From assembly GCF_009914755.1 (NCBI RefSeq), contig NC_060947.1: 64,000 bases of DNA; one strand, 5' to 3'. Below the pieces are notes generated by a model. The model saw only the letters and a program-made list of their open reading frames with translations. It searched no databases and was not told where the DNA came from. Shown piece after piece: positions 40,477 to 53,633 of the stretch; the first letter of the stretch is position 1; every line of letters begins with the position of its first letter. The position numbers were made by a program, and so were the translations under genes. Origin of the DNA: the human T2T-CHM13v2.0 reference genome, Homo sapiens.

Positions 40477-41256
40477 TTATTTTGTATTTACTATATTTCT
40501 AGGTAGAGGCAGCTCTAATGGCTTCCATTTGGCCTTTCTCACCATAATAGCCCTCATGCCACCAGTCAGGGAGCCAATGTGAGGATTCTGCCAGCTGCTA
40601 AGTATGTGTATGCCAATTATGTGTTCTGGCATTAAGGAAATGACTACAGGATGAGTCTGGGGACTTACTGGACCCATTGTAAGCTGGACCTGAACTAAAA
40701 GTCCATTAATTACCTGACCTCCATAAGCCCCTACTTTAACTGGAGGACCACAATGACGTTTTGAGTCCCCTGGAATCAATGTCAGCTCAGAGCCAGTATC
40801 CACTAGTCCCTGAAAAGTCTGATCATTCCCCTTTCCCCAGTGCACAGTTACTCTGGTAAAATGCTGGAGGTCTCCTTGGGGAAGGATAGAAGTATTAACA
40901 GCATAAATTGTTGGTAGTGAAGTGGGGTCCTTCCTCAAGGGGACCCAGTCTCCCCTTGATTCAAGGAGTTCTGGGTCTGTAAACTGATTCAAGTCTAAAA
41001 ATTGATTGAGGGGCTGTAATTCTCTATTTTTATAATTCAAATTACTCTTTTGTACAGTCATACTCGAAGTTTTCTGCTTATTCAAATTAAGTAAGAATGC
41101 AGTAGGTTTCCTGTCAATTTCACTTCCAGGAACATCATGATTAATTAGCCAACGCCAGAGCTCTACACGAGTCAGACTATTCTGATTGCTTCTTTGCCTC
41201 TGCTGTCCATTATGGTAACTGTGCCCACCTTGCCTTTGACGGTTGAGTGCTGCCAC
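40477..41256 (-). pseudogene. HERV-L Gag C-terminus/aspartic protease remnant (259-aa open stretch)
   Basis: DTG active-site motif (GLVDTGSELTLIPG) and IIGIHIL motif. Confidence 0.85.
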
Positions 41257-42703
41257 TTGGTCCCTGCTGCCTCAGAATCCAATTATTCTCATTGCATTTA
41301 AATTTTCTAATTGAGTTACTGTGGTTCCCATTGTTAGATCTGGCATGCAGAGAAGAGCAATCACAGCAGAGCTCTTCAAGGATCCAGATGCTCACCTCAT
41401 AAATATATTTCACAAAGTATTAGTGAAGGTTATGTCTTCTGGATGCCCCCCACCGGAACGAATAGGTCTGAAGTGACTAATCCACTTCAGCATCCCAATC
41501 TCCCTAAGCCTTTGGATCCATCCCTTCCCCTACATTAAACCACAGGAGATCAGGCATTTTCAGCTCGCTCACATGGACCATCTTTTGATCCATATTTCAG
41601 CTAACCAAGCAAATAAACTATTAGAACCTTTTTTAAATCCCTGAGCTGCAACATTAAATGCAGGATCCCTGCTTAGTGGGCCCATATCAATACATTCAGC
41701 CTGATCCAACTTTTGTTCCTTCCACCATTATCCCACACCTTTAATATCCATTCCCATGCCTGTTCTCCAGATTTCTGCTCATATAAATGAGAAAATTCAA
41801 GCAATTCTTTTGGAGTGTAGTGTACCTCCTTGTGGGTCACACTCTGTGTTTCACCTCTAGGGGCCTGCTGGGACTTTAGTTATAGGTCAAGAAGCAAACA
41901 AGGGTGTTGGGGGGCAGATCCTGAGGAGGATCAGCATTGCCTTGCTTGGCAACTGCCTCAGGGGAGGCCATCATGTTGCTTCAGGCAGTGCATGGTTAAT
42001 CTCCTCAGACAAAGGTGCAAAGGCTGATGGCAGCCTGGACGGGGGAAGGGATGTTGCCACCACTGGGTGTGACGAGGCTGTTTCCTCTGGCAAATAAGGC
42101 TTATCAGAATTTAGGAGCTCAGTGCCCACAGCCTTATCAGGGTCCTCCCATACATCTCCATTCCAAGTTGCAGGGTCCCATTCTTTTCTAATCAATGCCC
42201 TCACTTTAACAGTAGACACCTCCTGAGGCTGATCATGCACCTTTTGTTGCAGGTCAGCCACTCTCATGATAAGAGCTTGTGTTTGATTTTCTGTAATTTT
42301 TTCCCTTTATCTACAGGAGATAAGACTCTCGCTCAGGGTAACCTTAGAAAGAATTGAGGCTCAGTAGGTGCTTCTGGAGCTGGGAGTTATTATCCCTGAG
42401 CTCATCCTTTTCTTTCTTCACTTTGTCCAGCAAACCTAGGTGCAACCAACTAACTTCATTATATTCCTTGGTTCTCCACATAGGGCCAAAGGTATTGTGT
42501 ATAGAGCCACTAAACTTCTTGCCTCTCACCAGCGGTGAATCAGGAGTATCAAATGCATTTATTTTACATAACACTCTAAACAGTTCATGCCAAAGACTAT
42601 CAGTGTTCTCCATACTATTAGAAGTAGAGTTCTTAGCATTTTGGGGTCTAATCACGTTAAGTGGCCAACTCCAGAAAACCCAAAACCAACTAAAGAAATC
42701 CAT
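41257..42703 (-). pseudogene. HERV-L gag remnant
   Basis: ORF fragments ...STVKVRALIRKEWDPATWNGDVWEDP (ERV-L Gag/Fv1-like) and ...DSLWHELFRVLCKI. Confidence 0.8.
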
Positions 42704-42724
42704 CCTTAAAATTCTCTTCCTTTA

Positions 42725-42742
42725 GAATGACTCCCAGTACCA
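42725..42742 (-). promoter_or_regulatory. Primer-binding site (tRNA-Leu type, degenerate)
   Basis: Minus strand reads tggtactgggagtcattc a few bases downstream of the 5' LTR end; resembles the HERV-L PBS tggtaccaggagtgg. Confidence 0.7.
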
Positions 42743-42747
42743 AAATC

Positions 42748-43300
42748 TGTATTAATCAGGGTTCTCTAAAGGGACAGATAAAGTAATAGATGTATATATG
42801 AAGGGGAGTTTATTAAGGAGTATTGCCTCACAGGATCACAAGGTAAAGTCCCACAATAGGCCATCTGCAAGGTGAGGAACAAAAAAGACAGTACATGTCC
42901 CAAAACCTCAAAAGTAGGGAAGCTGACAGTGCGGGCTTCAGTCTGTGGCCGATGGCCCAAGAGCCCCTGGCCAATCACTGGTGTAAGTCCAAGAGTCCAA
43001 AAGCTGAAGAACTTAGAGTTTAATGTTGGAGGGCAGGAAGTATCCAGCACGAGAGAAATATGGAGGCTGGAAGACTGTGCAAGACAAGTCCTTCCACATT
43101 CTTTTGCCTGCTTTATTCTAGCCATGCTGGCAGCAGATTATTATGAGATAGTGACAACCCAGATTGAGGGTGGATCTGCCTCTCCCAGTCCACTGACTCA
43201 ATTGTTAATCTCCTTTGGTAACACCCTCCCAGACATACCTAGGAACAATGTTTTGCTTCCTTCAATCTAATCAAGCTGACATTCAATATTAACTGTCACT
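42748..43300 (-). mobile_element. HERV-L 5' LTR (MLT2A2-like)
   Basis: tgtattaatcagggttctctaaagggacag...tcaagctgacattcaatattaactgtcac, adjacent to the PBS and gag. Confidence 0.92.
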
Positions 43301-43404
43301 AGGGAAAACTGGGTGTGAAGTATATGAGAATTTTCTGCACTATCTTCACAATTATTGTGTACATTTTATAACTCTTCTAAAATATGCAAAAACATTATTT
43401 AAAA

Positions 43405-44690
43405 ATGTATGACAACTCATTCTATTAGTGAGGCTGTGAGGAAATATGCACTCATACGTACAGATTCACATTCTGGTGGGAATACAAATTGCTATAACTC
43501 TTATGAAGGGGAATTGGACGATATCTAACAAAAATATACATGGGTTTATCATTCAAGCCATCAGTTCGTCTTCTAGGAATTTACTCAGAAAATATACTTT
43601 CAACAGTACAAAAATACACAAGGTTATTTGAGGCAGCAATGTTTTGAAATACATAATACTGAAAACATCCTAAATGACCTCACTTAAGACAATGGTTGAA
43701 TACATTATGGCGCATCCACATAATGGGTTGTTATGCAACAGCAAAAAAGAATGAAGAAGAATATATAAACTGCTATGGAGTAACATTCAGGATATATTAT
43801 TAAATGAAAAACTTAAGTGCCAAGAGTATCTATGTTATGCTACTTTTGTGTAATAATTACATGAAAGTAACAGAACATTGTGCACAGATATCTGCTCATT
43901 TTTAGAAAAAAATAGGAAAGATAAGTTAGAAACTAAAAGGATTAGTTACTTACGAGGGGCGAATAAAGATAAAAGAAAGAATGGTAGATAGGAATGAGTT
44001 AGAAGGGATTGGGTGCAAGTTAGACTTTTCTAAGTATATCTTTCTGAATAGTTTTAATTTTTGCAACCAGGCTCATGTTTTACATACTAATAAATAAGTA
44101 AATATATGAAAACATAAACAAAAAATATATACATACATACATTTAACAAGGATGGGAGAGAGACTTGGAAATGAAGTACAAGCAGAAATAAATTAGACTG
44201 TTTGTCACATAAATAACATAAGCATAATCACATTGAAGGTAGGTAGGGAGATGGTAATTTACCCAAGTAATTCTTGAAGATACTATTTTGACTCTACAGC
44301 CTCAGGTTAAAGACATACAGAATGGTAAACAAATATTGTACTCCAAATAAGTAGGTTGACTTTTCATAGGAGCAAAGGGTTAGCAATTCTTAAACAAATT
44401 TATACACGTTCCAAGATTAAGCAAATCAGTTAATACATTGTGAAGAAGGAGAATCAATTTTCTCACTGTCTTTGAATGAATTACAAATGAGGAAACAAGA
44501 AAGGCTGGAATGAACCTTGTGATATTGGATTAGAATCAGTATGAATTCAGCATTTTAAACATATAAACACATAGCTATAGAAATAAAGATGTACATGGGT
44601 AAGTATATATATACTTATGTTCCCTAGCTCTGTCCATTAAGAGGGCCTAGAAGCAAGGATACTCTAGTACCAATGAGCACACCAAATGCC
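43405..44690 (+). mobile_element. L1MC-type 3' region
   Basis: ORF2-end motifs and 3'UTR motif ccctagctctgtccattaagagggcctagaagcaag...caatgagcacacc. Confidence 0.7.
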
Positions 44691-44758
44691 TAAGGAGGCT
44701 GAGTCTCAGCCTAGAGCCTAGCATAGTGCTTAGACCTGGATGTTCAATAAATGATAAA

Positions 44759-44780
44759 TATCATCATCATCATCATCATC
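44759..44780. repeat. (ATC)n microsatellite
   Basis: atcatcatcatcatcatcatc. Confidence 0.85.
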
Positions 44781-45289
44781 TCACTTTAGTATCATAAGGA
44801 AAGTTGACTGCATGTACAGAAAAACTTTAAACAAATGAAGGCAAGAGAATGAAGACACAAATAAAGAAAGGATAATTGAAGGGCCACACTTCTGATGGAG
44901 TAGGAAGGAATAGCCTTCCCTATGTAAGAAATTTTCACCTTGGAAAAAAAGTTACTTCTGCCTCTAAGAGAGGAGGGAGGAGAAGAAAATAATTGAAGAC
45001 ATATGTAGACATGTTAAGATTGAAAAGAAAATACCTTTAATTGCCTCAGAAAAAAATATGACTAAAGCCATCTAATTACAGCAAGGAATGTGGATGGAGA
45101 AGGGAATATTGGACAAGGTCAGGACCGCCACTTCTAGAGAAATGTGATACCGGGACAAGATATGACTAAAAATGTCTGCAGAGCAGCAGAGAGTGCCTAC
45201 TTCAAGTTAAGTAACATGAATTTGCGGTGAATTCAGTGCATTTCATAATACTAGAGTTATTATTAAAAAGACACTGTTTATTATTTAAT

Positions 45290-45435
45290 TGGTTTTGAAT
45301 TGTTTCTTATGAATTAACTTTGTCTCTCCAATTATAACTTTCTTAGGCAAGAGGACATTTCTGACATAATGTTTATATCTTCCATTGCACTTATTACAGT
45401 GCTAGCGATATAACACATACCCAGCAGAAGGTTGA
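45290..45435 (+). mobile_element. L2 3' end
   Basis: tgtctctccaattataactttcttaggcaagaggac...acagtgctagcgatataac. Confidence 0.5.
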
Positions 45436-46523
45436 TAGCATATAAACAACTACATTTTCAACTTGGCCTTTATGATGTCCCTGCTTCTGGATTTTGTTTA
45501 GTTCTTCTGCTATTTTCCAGGTAGGCCAGAGAGATGCATTAATTTCCTTATAGAAATCGGTTGATTACCAACAAAGTTCAGAGAGAAGAAAGGACAGCAC
45601 AGACACTCTTGTGTTTACTAACAGTGGATCATATGTGGCAAACTCATCATGGGATAGCATCCGATAGTCCATGAATATATAGGATAATAAAATTTATTCA
45701 ACATCCTCCTAAGAATAATGTAATTAAAAAAGAAATCCACTTCTCAAATACCCCAAATTTTACCCCAAAGTCTAATTGGCATTTGAATTATTCACTATCT
45801 TGAGTTACTCTTATCACCACTTCCTATCAGGGGATATCCAAGATATGACTACACCTTAAGTGCCAACCACTTCTCCAAGGTTGCGGACTAGTGATACCAG
45901 AGAAGCAAGTGCTCTCATCAGAAGAGGACATTTTGAACTGCAGCTTTTCTCCAGGCTCACAAGTTTAATTTCAGCCTAACAGCTGCACTGCAGTCCATGA
46001 AATATTTACATTGTTTCTTGCAAAATTATATACATTATTTACCATACCATCTATTAAATATTTACCACCTTTCCAAATACGTCATGTAGCACACTCCACT
46101 GCTCTTGTTTCTTTTAGCATTAAAATAGAAAAGGCCAAGCCCTGCAGGAGCCTGGAGAAAGTAGCTATGACAAAGAAGAAAGCAGAGGAGGAAAAATGTG
46201 AAAGGAAGCAGAAGGCAGCTATCTAAAAACAGGCTCAGTATTACACACTCCCTATTTTCTTCACTTTGCCTTCCCCTAACTGGAATGATCATTTCTTTCA
46301 CTTGGAGAAGGTATTTTTCCCCCAATAATTTATATATACAAACAGCCTAATAGAAACTGTTCTGGAAATAAGCTATATTATCTTCAGGAGCCATATTCCA
46401 AAATAGCCAGGTATGTAAAATCATCTATTAAGAAAGGCTTATGGTGATATCAGAAGTCAAGACATCATCCCACCTTATTCAGAACTCTTCCCTACAGAAA
46501 ACAGAATAATTGAATTAATTCGG

Positions 46524-46572
46524 TATAATATAATATAATATAATATAATATAATATAATATAATATAATATA
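46524..46572. repeat. (TAATA)n pentanucleotide microsatellite
   Basis: About nine perfect taata units read directly. Confidence 0.92.
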
Positions 46573-46814
46573 AATGAAATACATTCAGCACTCCCTAAGC
46601 AATGCGATCTTTCACTCTCTGGTAAATATGAAAATTACTAATAGATGTGTTGTCAATAAGACATATATGGTACTTGTGATCAGTAAAAGGTGCCCAACTA
46701 TGAAAACTGTTGATGGTGTCAGGGATGCAAAACAACAAAAGAACTAATTGGTTTCCAGTTAAGCAAGATTTTCCTTAACTTGCTCATTGTCCCCAAAGTA
46801 GGCTTTTTAGAGAT

Positions 46815-47296
46815 TGCTAGTTAGCTACCAACTATGTATTCTCCTCTACTGAAATTAACAGAAACTTGATGTTTACAGGTACACACCAAAAGACCGTATT
46901 TTCCAGTTTTCCTGGCACCTGCAGGTAGCATATAAATATGTTTCCACCAATAGAAGTAAGTGGAAATGCTGTGTGAGACTTCCAGAGGTGCCTTTATAAT
47001 GGAGGGATACATAGCTTGCTTGCTTTCTTCCTCCGTCCTGCTGTTTGAAAGCTGAAGATGATGACTGCTGCAGCAGTAGCCAACTTGAATCATAAAAATA
47101 AAGGCCATATCATCGGAATCAAACTGATAAAAACTGGACAAGTCTGGCGTTCTGATGATGGTGGAGCTGCCACACCATCCCTTAATGGTCTACCTCAACA
47201 CTGGTTTCACATGAGAGAGAAATAACTCTGTCACATTTAAACTACTATAATTTAGGTCACTTCTACATGTAGCCAGACTTAAACTATACCAATACA
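46815..47296 (+). mobile_element. Old MaLR LTR (MLT1H/I/J-like)
   Basis: ccaatagaagtaagtggaaatgctgtgtgagacttccag; ctgatgatggtggagctgccacacc; atgagagagaaataac...ccaataca end. Confidence 0.7.
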
Positions 47297-47944
47297 ACTA
47301 GGTGTATGCACTATTTCTCCCTCTCAACCATTTCAACCTACAAGTATTGTGTATCCTTATGTAGGTCTATTTGCTATCAATTTTTTTCTGAGCACAATTA
47401 CTTACATCTTAGTGGTGCAAGTACTATGGGTAATTTCAGTCATGGTTATCTGTCTACTCAGCATGAAAGACTGTCTTTGTTTCTACTCATCTGAAGTCAG
47501 AGAATACCCTTCTATAGTAATTATGAACAACCTAAATTATTTTTCCTCCAATTTAGATTGGACTGGGTTACAAATGGGTTAGTGCTGCCAATATGCTGAA
47601 ACATATTATTTATGTCCATATCCTTGGAGCTGTCAAGACCTTGCTGGTTAATTTTCATTTGTTGGATTGAGTAGTTATTTGCAACTACCATGCAGATATA
47701 AATGCATTAATACATTTGACTTAGACCCAGAAATTAAATTCCTAAAGCCTCATTTGTTTCCCATACAAAATAGTTTGAAAATTTTCTTAAACTACACTTC
47801 AGGTCAACAAACAATTTTTGGATGCTTATCATATGTTACCATATGTTAGGAAATATAAAGCATGCTTAGATGAGATTCAACAACTCCAAAACACATAAGT
47901 AGAATCTCAAGAGGGAGAGGGGGCAGACAATTTGTTATTATTAT

Positions 47945-48660
47945 CATTTTAATTGGTCAATAATATTGTGTGTTTTTATCACGTACAACATGATGTTTTG
48001 AAGTATATATATTGTGGAATGGTGCAATATCTCACACAGCTATCATTTTTGTGTAACATCACATAGCATCCATTCTCTTTACATCTTAATACACTATAAC
48101 ATTATTAACTATAGTCACCTTATTATACAATAGATCTCTTGAAATTTATTTCTCTAATTTAACCGTAGTTACGTATTCCTTGACCAATATCTCCCTATCT
48201 CTCCTCCCAACCAGCCTAGCTTCTAGTACACAGCATTCTACTCTCTACTTCTATGAGATCAACTTTTCTAGATTCCACAAATGAGTGAGATCATGCAGTA
48301 TTTATTTCTCTGGGCCTGACTTATTTCATTTAATATAATGTCCTCCAGGTTCATCCTTGTTGTCACAAATGACAGGATTTCATTTCTTTTTATGGCTGAA
48401 TAGTATTCCATTGTGCATATATACCACATTTTCTTTATCAATTAATCTGTTTATGGTCATTTAGGTTGACTCTGTGTCTTGGCTATTGTGTATAGGGCTG
48501 CAATAAACATGGGGGTGCAAATATGTTTTAGAGATCCTGATTTCATTTTCTTTGGATATATACCCAGAAATGGGATTGCTGGATCATATGGTAGTTTTAT
48601 TTTTAATTTTTTGAGGAACCCCCATACTGTTTTTCATAATGGCTGTGCTAATTTACACTT
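47945..48660 (-). mobile_element. L1MA 3' end
   Basis: gtacaacatgatgttttgaagtatatat...ttctagattccacaaatgagtgagatcatgcagtattt...ggctgtgctaatttaca. Confidence 0.85.
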
Positions 48661-50282
48661 GCAGACAGTTTTGAAGAAAGCATTTGAATTAAAATTATCC
48701 TTAAATGAATGGATACTGTAATTGCATTTTTGCACCAAATGTAGTCATCTATGGCATCAATACCTCTTTTTAAATTTTCTAGATTTTCTATTTTGCTTTT
48801 CTGAAATACATTGAATCACTTCATATTGCAGCTGGGATTTCCTGAATTCTCTACTTTTTAACATTGAAATTTCCCAAAGTGCATTGCAGGTGTTTTTATA
48901 AGAAGGATACTCTTTAAGATTGGATTGAATAGATCATAATAGCTTTTGATTAAGACAGATGGTTTCATAAACGTCTCCAAGACTATTTCTATACTAGCAA
49001 CATCTTCGGAAGAATCAAGTAAATATCATTGACTTTGATTATTTTGATGTTTAAGGTGAACAGGTCTATTTTATGTCATTAATAATATAGACAATTGCCT
49101 GAGTTTTCCTCTTTACAAGAGCGAGCAAAGCAAAAGTGTTCTCAAGGCTGCATTCATAAATGGTATACTGCTTTGTAGTTAACCAAATGCTGCAATATAA
49201 AACAAGATTGGTGAGAACATTAGCAATGAATGGCATTATTTTTAGATCTTGGCCAAATGTGATTTAGTTTGGTTTTGTTTAGCCTAATTTCTTGACTTAG
49301 ACTGAGCAAGTCTTAGCTCTGTGCCCTCTTCAGTGTGGAGTTGGCCTTTATGCATTTGCATGTCACTTTTATAATTTTCTAATGTACAGACTTAATAGTT
49401 TCTGGCTCCCCATTGACTACTTTGGGAATGGGGACTAACTATTCAATCCTTGAATGAGAGTGTTAGAGATTCCAAGTCTACTTTATATATGTGAACACTG
49501 TTCTATTCTGTACCCCTTAATTGTATAACAGGATAGGCTGATGAAGGAAATACGGAACTTCGAATCAACTCAAAAGCCCAACCCAGTATACATTATACAG
49601 ATGGTTTGCTGTATTCCCAGCCTGACCTCTGTTCTTGTCATTTGCAATCAATTATGAAATTGTGAATTACCTTACTTTAAATCTAGTGAAACTTACTTTA
49701 GAAAATCCATACATAGATCAGTATATTTTTGTTCAAAGAGCATCAAAAATACAGAGGATTTTCTTCTAATTTAAAGTGAGCTGTCATGTCACTTGATTCA
49801 AGTTTCTAATTGTGGGATGATTTTAAAATAAATTTTGGGAATTACTCAGTCTCCAAAAAGTATTCATCCAAAAGGATTGCAAAAATCCAATGTCTAAAAT
49901 GCACTGGAATGGTCATACTCTCAAGATGAATTACCTTTCTTTTTATATCCTAGTTGTTGTGTCTCTGCAGTTCTTCCTCTCTGCACCAATATACTTTCAA
50001 TTGTACCTACTTACAGTGTTTTGGAGAGGATCTGAAGAGAGAGAGAGCTGAGGTCTAAGGTTTTAATGGAGATTTTGTCCAGACTGACTTTTTTTTTACT
50101 GATATTTTACTGCTTGAGATTAGAAAAGAGAAATATCAAAGGGCAACTCTTTTCATAACACTATTTTTCTTACAGTTTATCCTATATAGAAATCTGCTCA
50201 GTTCACTAATTTTAGGCAATTTTAAATCTATTTTCTACATTGGCATTTAGGAGTTATTTGAGTGCCAAAGTATAAAAGGGGG

Positions 50283-50317
50283 AATTACGTTCCTATATGT
50301 AATATAGGAACGTAATT
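50283..50317. repeat. Perfect 16-bp inverted repeat with 3-nt loop
   Basis: aattacgttcctatat-gta-atataggaacgtaatt. Confidence 0.92.
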
Positions 50318-51727
50318 AATTAAAACACAAGCTTTATCGGTTCATCCATAGAAAACAAATTTATTTTAGAAAATAAGGAAATCAAGTGCTATTTAAAAGT
50401 ACAAGAACAGTTTAATTTCACCAAAGAAATAAACCAACTCTGGCATTCAACCAACTCCACCAGCTTCCTTGGGGACTAAATTCTGTCTGCACATCAATGA
50501 AAGAATCAGTATTTGAGACACGAAGTAACTTTTGGCAGACATTGAAAAAGGCACCAAATGGTCTCTGTCTTTGCTGTGATCAACTGTGAAATGAAAACCT
50601 ACCATTTAAATCACTTCTACTGAAACCTAATTCGTTCTCCTTCAGCACAATACAGAATAAATCTCAGTGCCCTCTGGCCCATGGAATTTTTCTTAAAATA
50701 AAGCCAACAATATGAAGTTTCTGTGGTTGGAACATCGTCCCAATCTGCACGTATACTTGATATCTCAACCATAGTTTGAAATCTAGTTTATCAGTGCATT
50801 GTCTGGTGTGTACAGTGCCAACCTCATTTAAGTGCTGGTTCTACCACTAGCTACCTAGTCAGGTCATTTTTCTTCTATGGCCTTCATTTTCTTCAGTGAT
50901 AAATTTTAAAAAATCAAACTAATTTCAAAGATTTCTTTCAGCTTTTACTTTTTAAACATTTTATTTTTATTGCTACATAACAGATGTACATGTTTTCCTT
51001 CCAGCTTTAGGGGCCTGTGAGCCCAGCTGATTTTTCACTATATAAAACAGTTATTTGGTGGTATTTAGTCATGGATTTAAATTGTCTTTCCCTCCTCTCT
51101 CCAACTTTCAACTATCAAACACAATTTTACAAAAGAATTTAGCTACTGATATGTGAAATAGGACTGGTCTTACTTATTCAAGGAGTAGATATTTACCTTC
51201 ATAAGGCAATATGCTCGTACTTCATACAAAAGCCCTCTGCAGAGAAGCAAGCCTCCAAGACACTTCATATTTGTGTTTCTTTGTCTTATGATAATTTTGT
51301 CTACATGCAACCTAATTCTTGGAAGTAAAGTATAGGATCTCTTACTGAAAGCAAGTATATTTTCAATGTGGTTTGGCAACTATAATAAAAAGTATACTTG
51401 GTTATTAAATATAACTATGGACTCCACAGCAAAATAATCTTATAAAAGAGGTGAAAACTTCCACTTGTAAAGATGAATGTGGTCATTGGACTTTAGGAGA
51501 CATTGTATATACCTCTAAATGAGGGAAACCTCTGAAAACTACATTTAGGGTCAAGCAACAAAGGAATTTCAATACTAGGGAAAAGCAGGTGCTTAAGTTG
51601 ATCAAATATTCAAAATTGATCAAATGCAATACAACATCACTGGAGTATCAAAATGGTTATGAAAAACTTATTTACTTCCTTAAACTAAAATTTATTTATT
51701 ACTAAATTTATTGAGGCACACATACAC

Positions 51728-51922
51728 ACATATATATATTTTTTATATATATATATTTAATATATAAATTTTTAATATATATATTTAATATATAAATTTT
51801 TAATATATATATTTAATATATATACTTTTAATATATATTTAACATATATTTTTAATATATATATTTAATATATATATTTTTAATATATATATTTTTAATA
51901 TATATATTTAATATATATATAT
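51728..51922. repeat. AT-rich (TA)n-derived minisatellite
   Basis: Repeating atatatatatttaatatataaatttttaat-like units. Confidence 0.9.
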
Positions 51923-52639
51923 TCTGTTGGCTTCAGATAAACAAGTAATCAATTTTATAGAAACATTTATGAGAAAATAGAATTCAATTAACAGAAATGT
52001 ATTCAATACAGCCTTTATTAACAGAGTACCTCTACTGCATCTAAACAGGTAAATTTACCCAGAGTAAAAGAAAAGTCTTACTTGAACTGCATTTTGAGAA
52101 TATGTAGTACTTTTGGGGAGAAATTGGATCCTCTTATGCCTCATTCTTTGCTAGGAATGTATTTTTCCTCAATATAACATATTGAGTATTTCATATTTCC
52201 TTGTGTTCTTTTGACCTATGTTCCCTAAATGTTTGATGTACTAGGCTCCTACACTAAGAGGGAACAAGACTTGATTTTCACTGACAAACACTGGCAGAAA
52301 TTATTAATTATTCATGAGAAGCCAAAGTTAGGCAAATATGCACCAACTGTTCTATAGCTTCTGAAATAGAAAAACGGCTGACCAAATTAAAGAGTACACA
52401 GTGCTGTGAGGGCAACACAAACCCACTCAATGATCCAAAATGTGTTTTTTCTCGTTCATCCTCATTTCCTGTTGGCTTCAGTGCCAGATGTTGTAGAATT
52501 TCAAGCATATTGACATCCTCCAAATAGCTGTGTGAGTAATTGAAGAGTATGTTGATGTGTCTGTGTGTCTGTTTTTTCTTGGTGAGGTTTTTCTGTATCA
52601 ATCTCTATATTTAAGTCTAAGAATATAGAACCTGAAATC

Positions 52640-52870
52640 AGTAAAAAGCGGTTTTGTTTGAAGTCAGGCAAAACTGGGTTTGAATTTACCTGTAAATTCT
52701 CATTTGTGTGACCTCAATTAGGTTGCCAAATTTGGTGTCTCAGTTTTCTCATCCATAGAAAAGGAATAATAATCGTGCAAATTTCATAGGGCTGCCTGAT
52801 AATTAATTTATTTATATAAAGCACCTAGCACAATGCCTATGACAAAGAAAACATGCAGTAAATAATGATT
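52640..52870 (+). mobile_element. MIR SINE
   Basis: gaagtcaggcaaaactgggtttgaat...tctcagttttctcatccatagaaaaggaataataat...aaagcacctagcacaatgcct. Confidence 0.75.
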
Positions 52871-52994
52871 ATGACGTCAAAGATTCTTGAAGGTTGGAAG
52901 TTTTTGGAGAGACTTCAAAGTAAGAGAAAATACAAAGAAATGGCATTTTCCTCATGGGTTCAACATGTACTGAAATTTATATTACTTCACATTT

Positions 52995-53260
52995 TAGGTG
53001 GCAAAGCAATGTAGTTCTTAAGAACTTGATCTCTACAACCAGATAGATTGGAGTTCAAATCCTGGCTTTACCAGCTGGTAATTTGGACAATATATCTATT
53101 ATCTCTGAGGTATCATATTTTTGCATATAACAATAGTGGTTATAATAATTTCTACCTCACTGTGTAACGATCACTAAATGAGCACTAGATTCATATGAAG
53201 CATTTTGAACACTCCATATCATATAATAAGCAGGCAATAAATGGTAGCTATCATCATTAT
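52995..53260 (+). mobile_element. MIR SINE
   Basis: gagttcaaatcctggctttacca...ataataatttctacctcac...caataaatggtagctat. Confidence 0.7.
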
Positions 53261-53320
53261 TGTCATGATGTTCCTCAACAAATTAGATAATTGTAGCAGT
53301 GCAAGAAACCTTAGTTATCG

Positions 53321-53633
<313 letters not shown>

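Larger units (their letters stand above)
37678..42747 (-). mobile_element. HERV-L (class III ERV) internal region: gag-pro-pol-dUTPase, 3'-truncated
   Basis: Gag-like start (42344-42703), protease LVDTGSELTLI, RT LPQG...LVHYIGDIML, RNase H/integrase remnants, dUTPase after integrase, no env. Many stops and frameshifts. Confidence 0.93.

Noticed and set aside
42354-43270. Plus-strand 123-aa and 132-aa ORFs
   Set aside because: They are antisense to HERV-L gag and the LTR, with no independent evidence.
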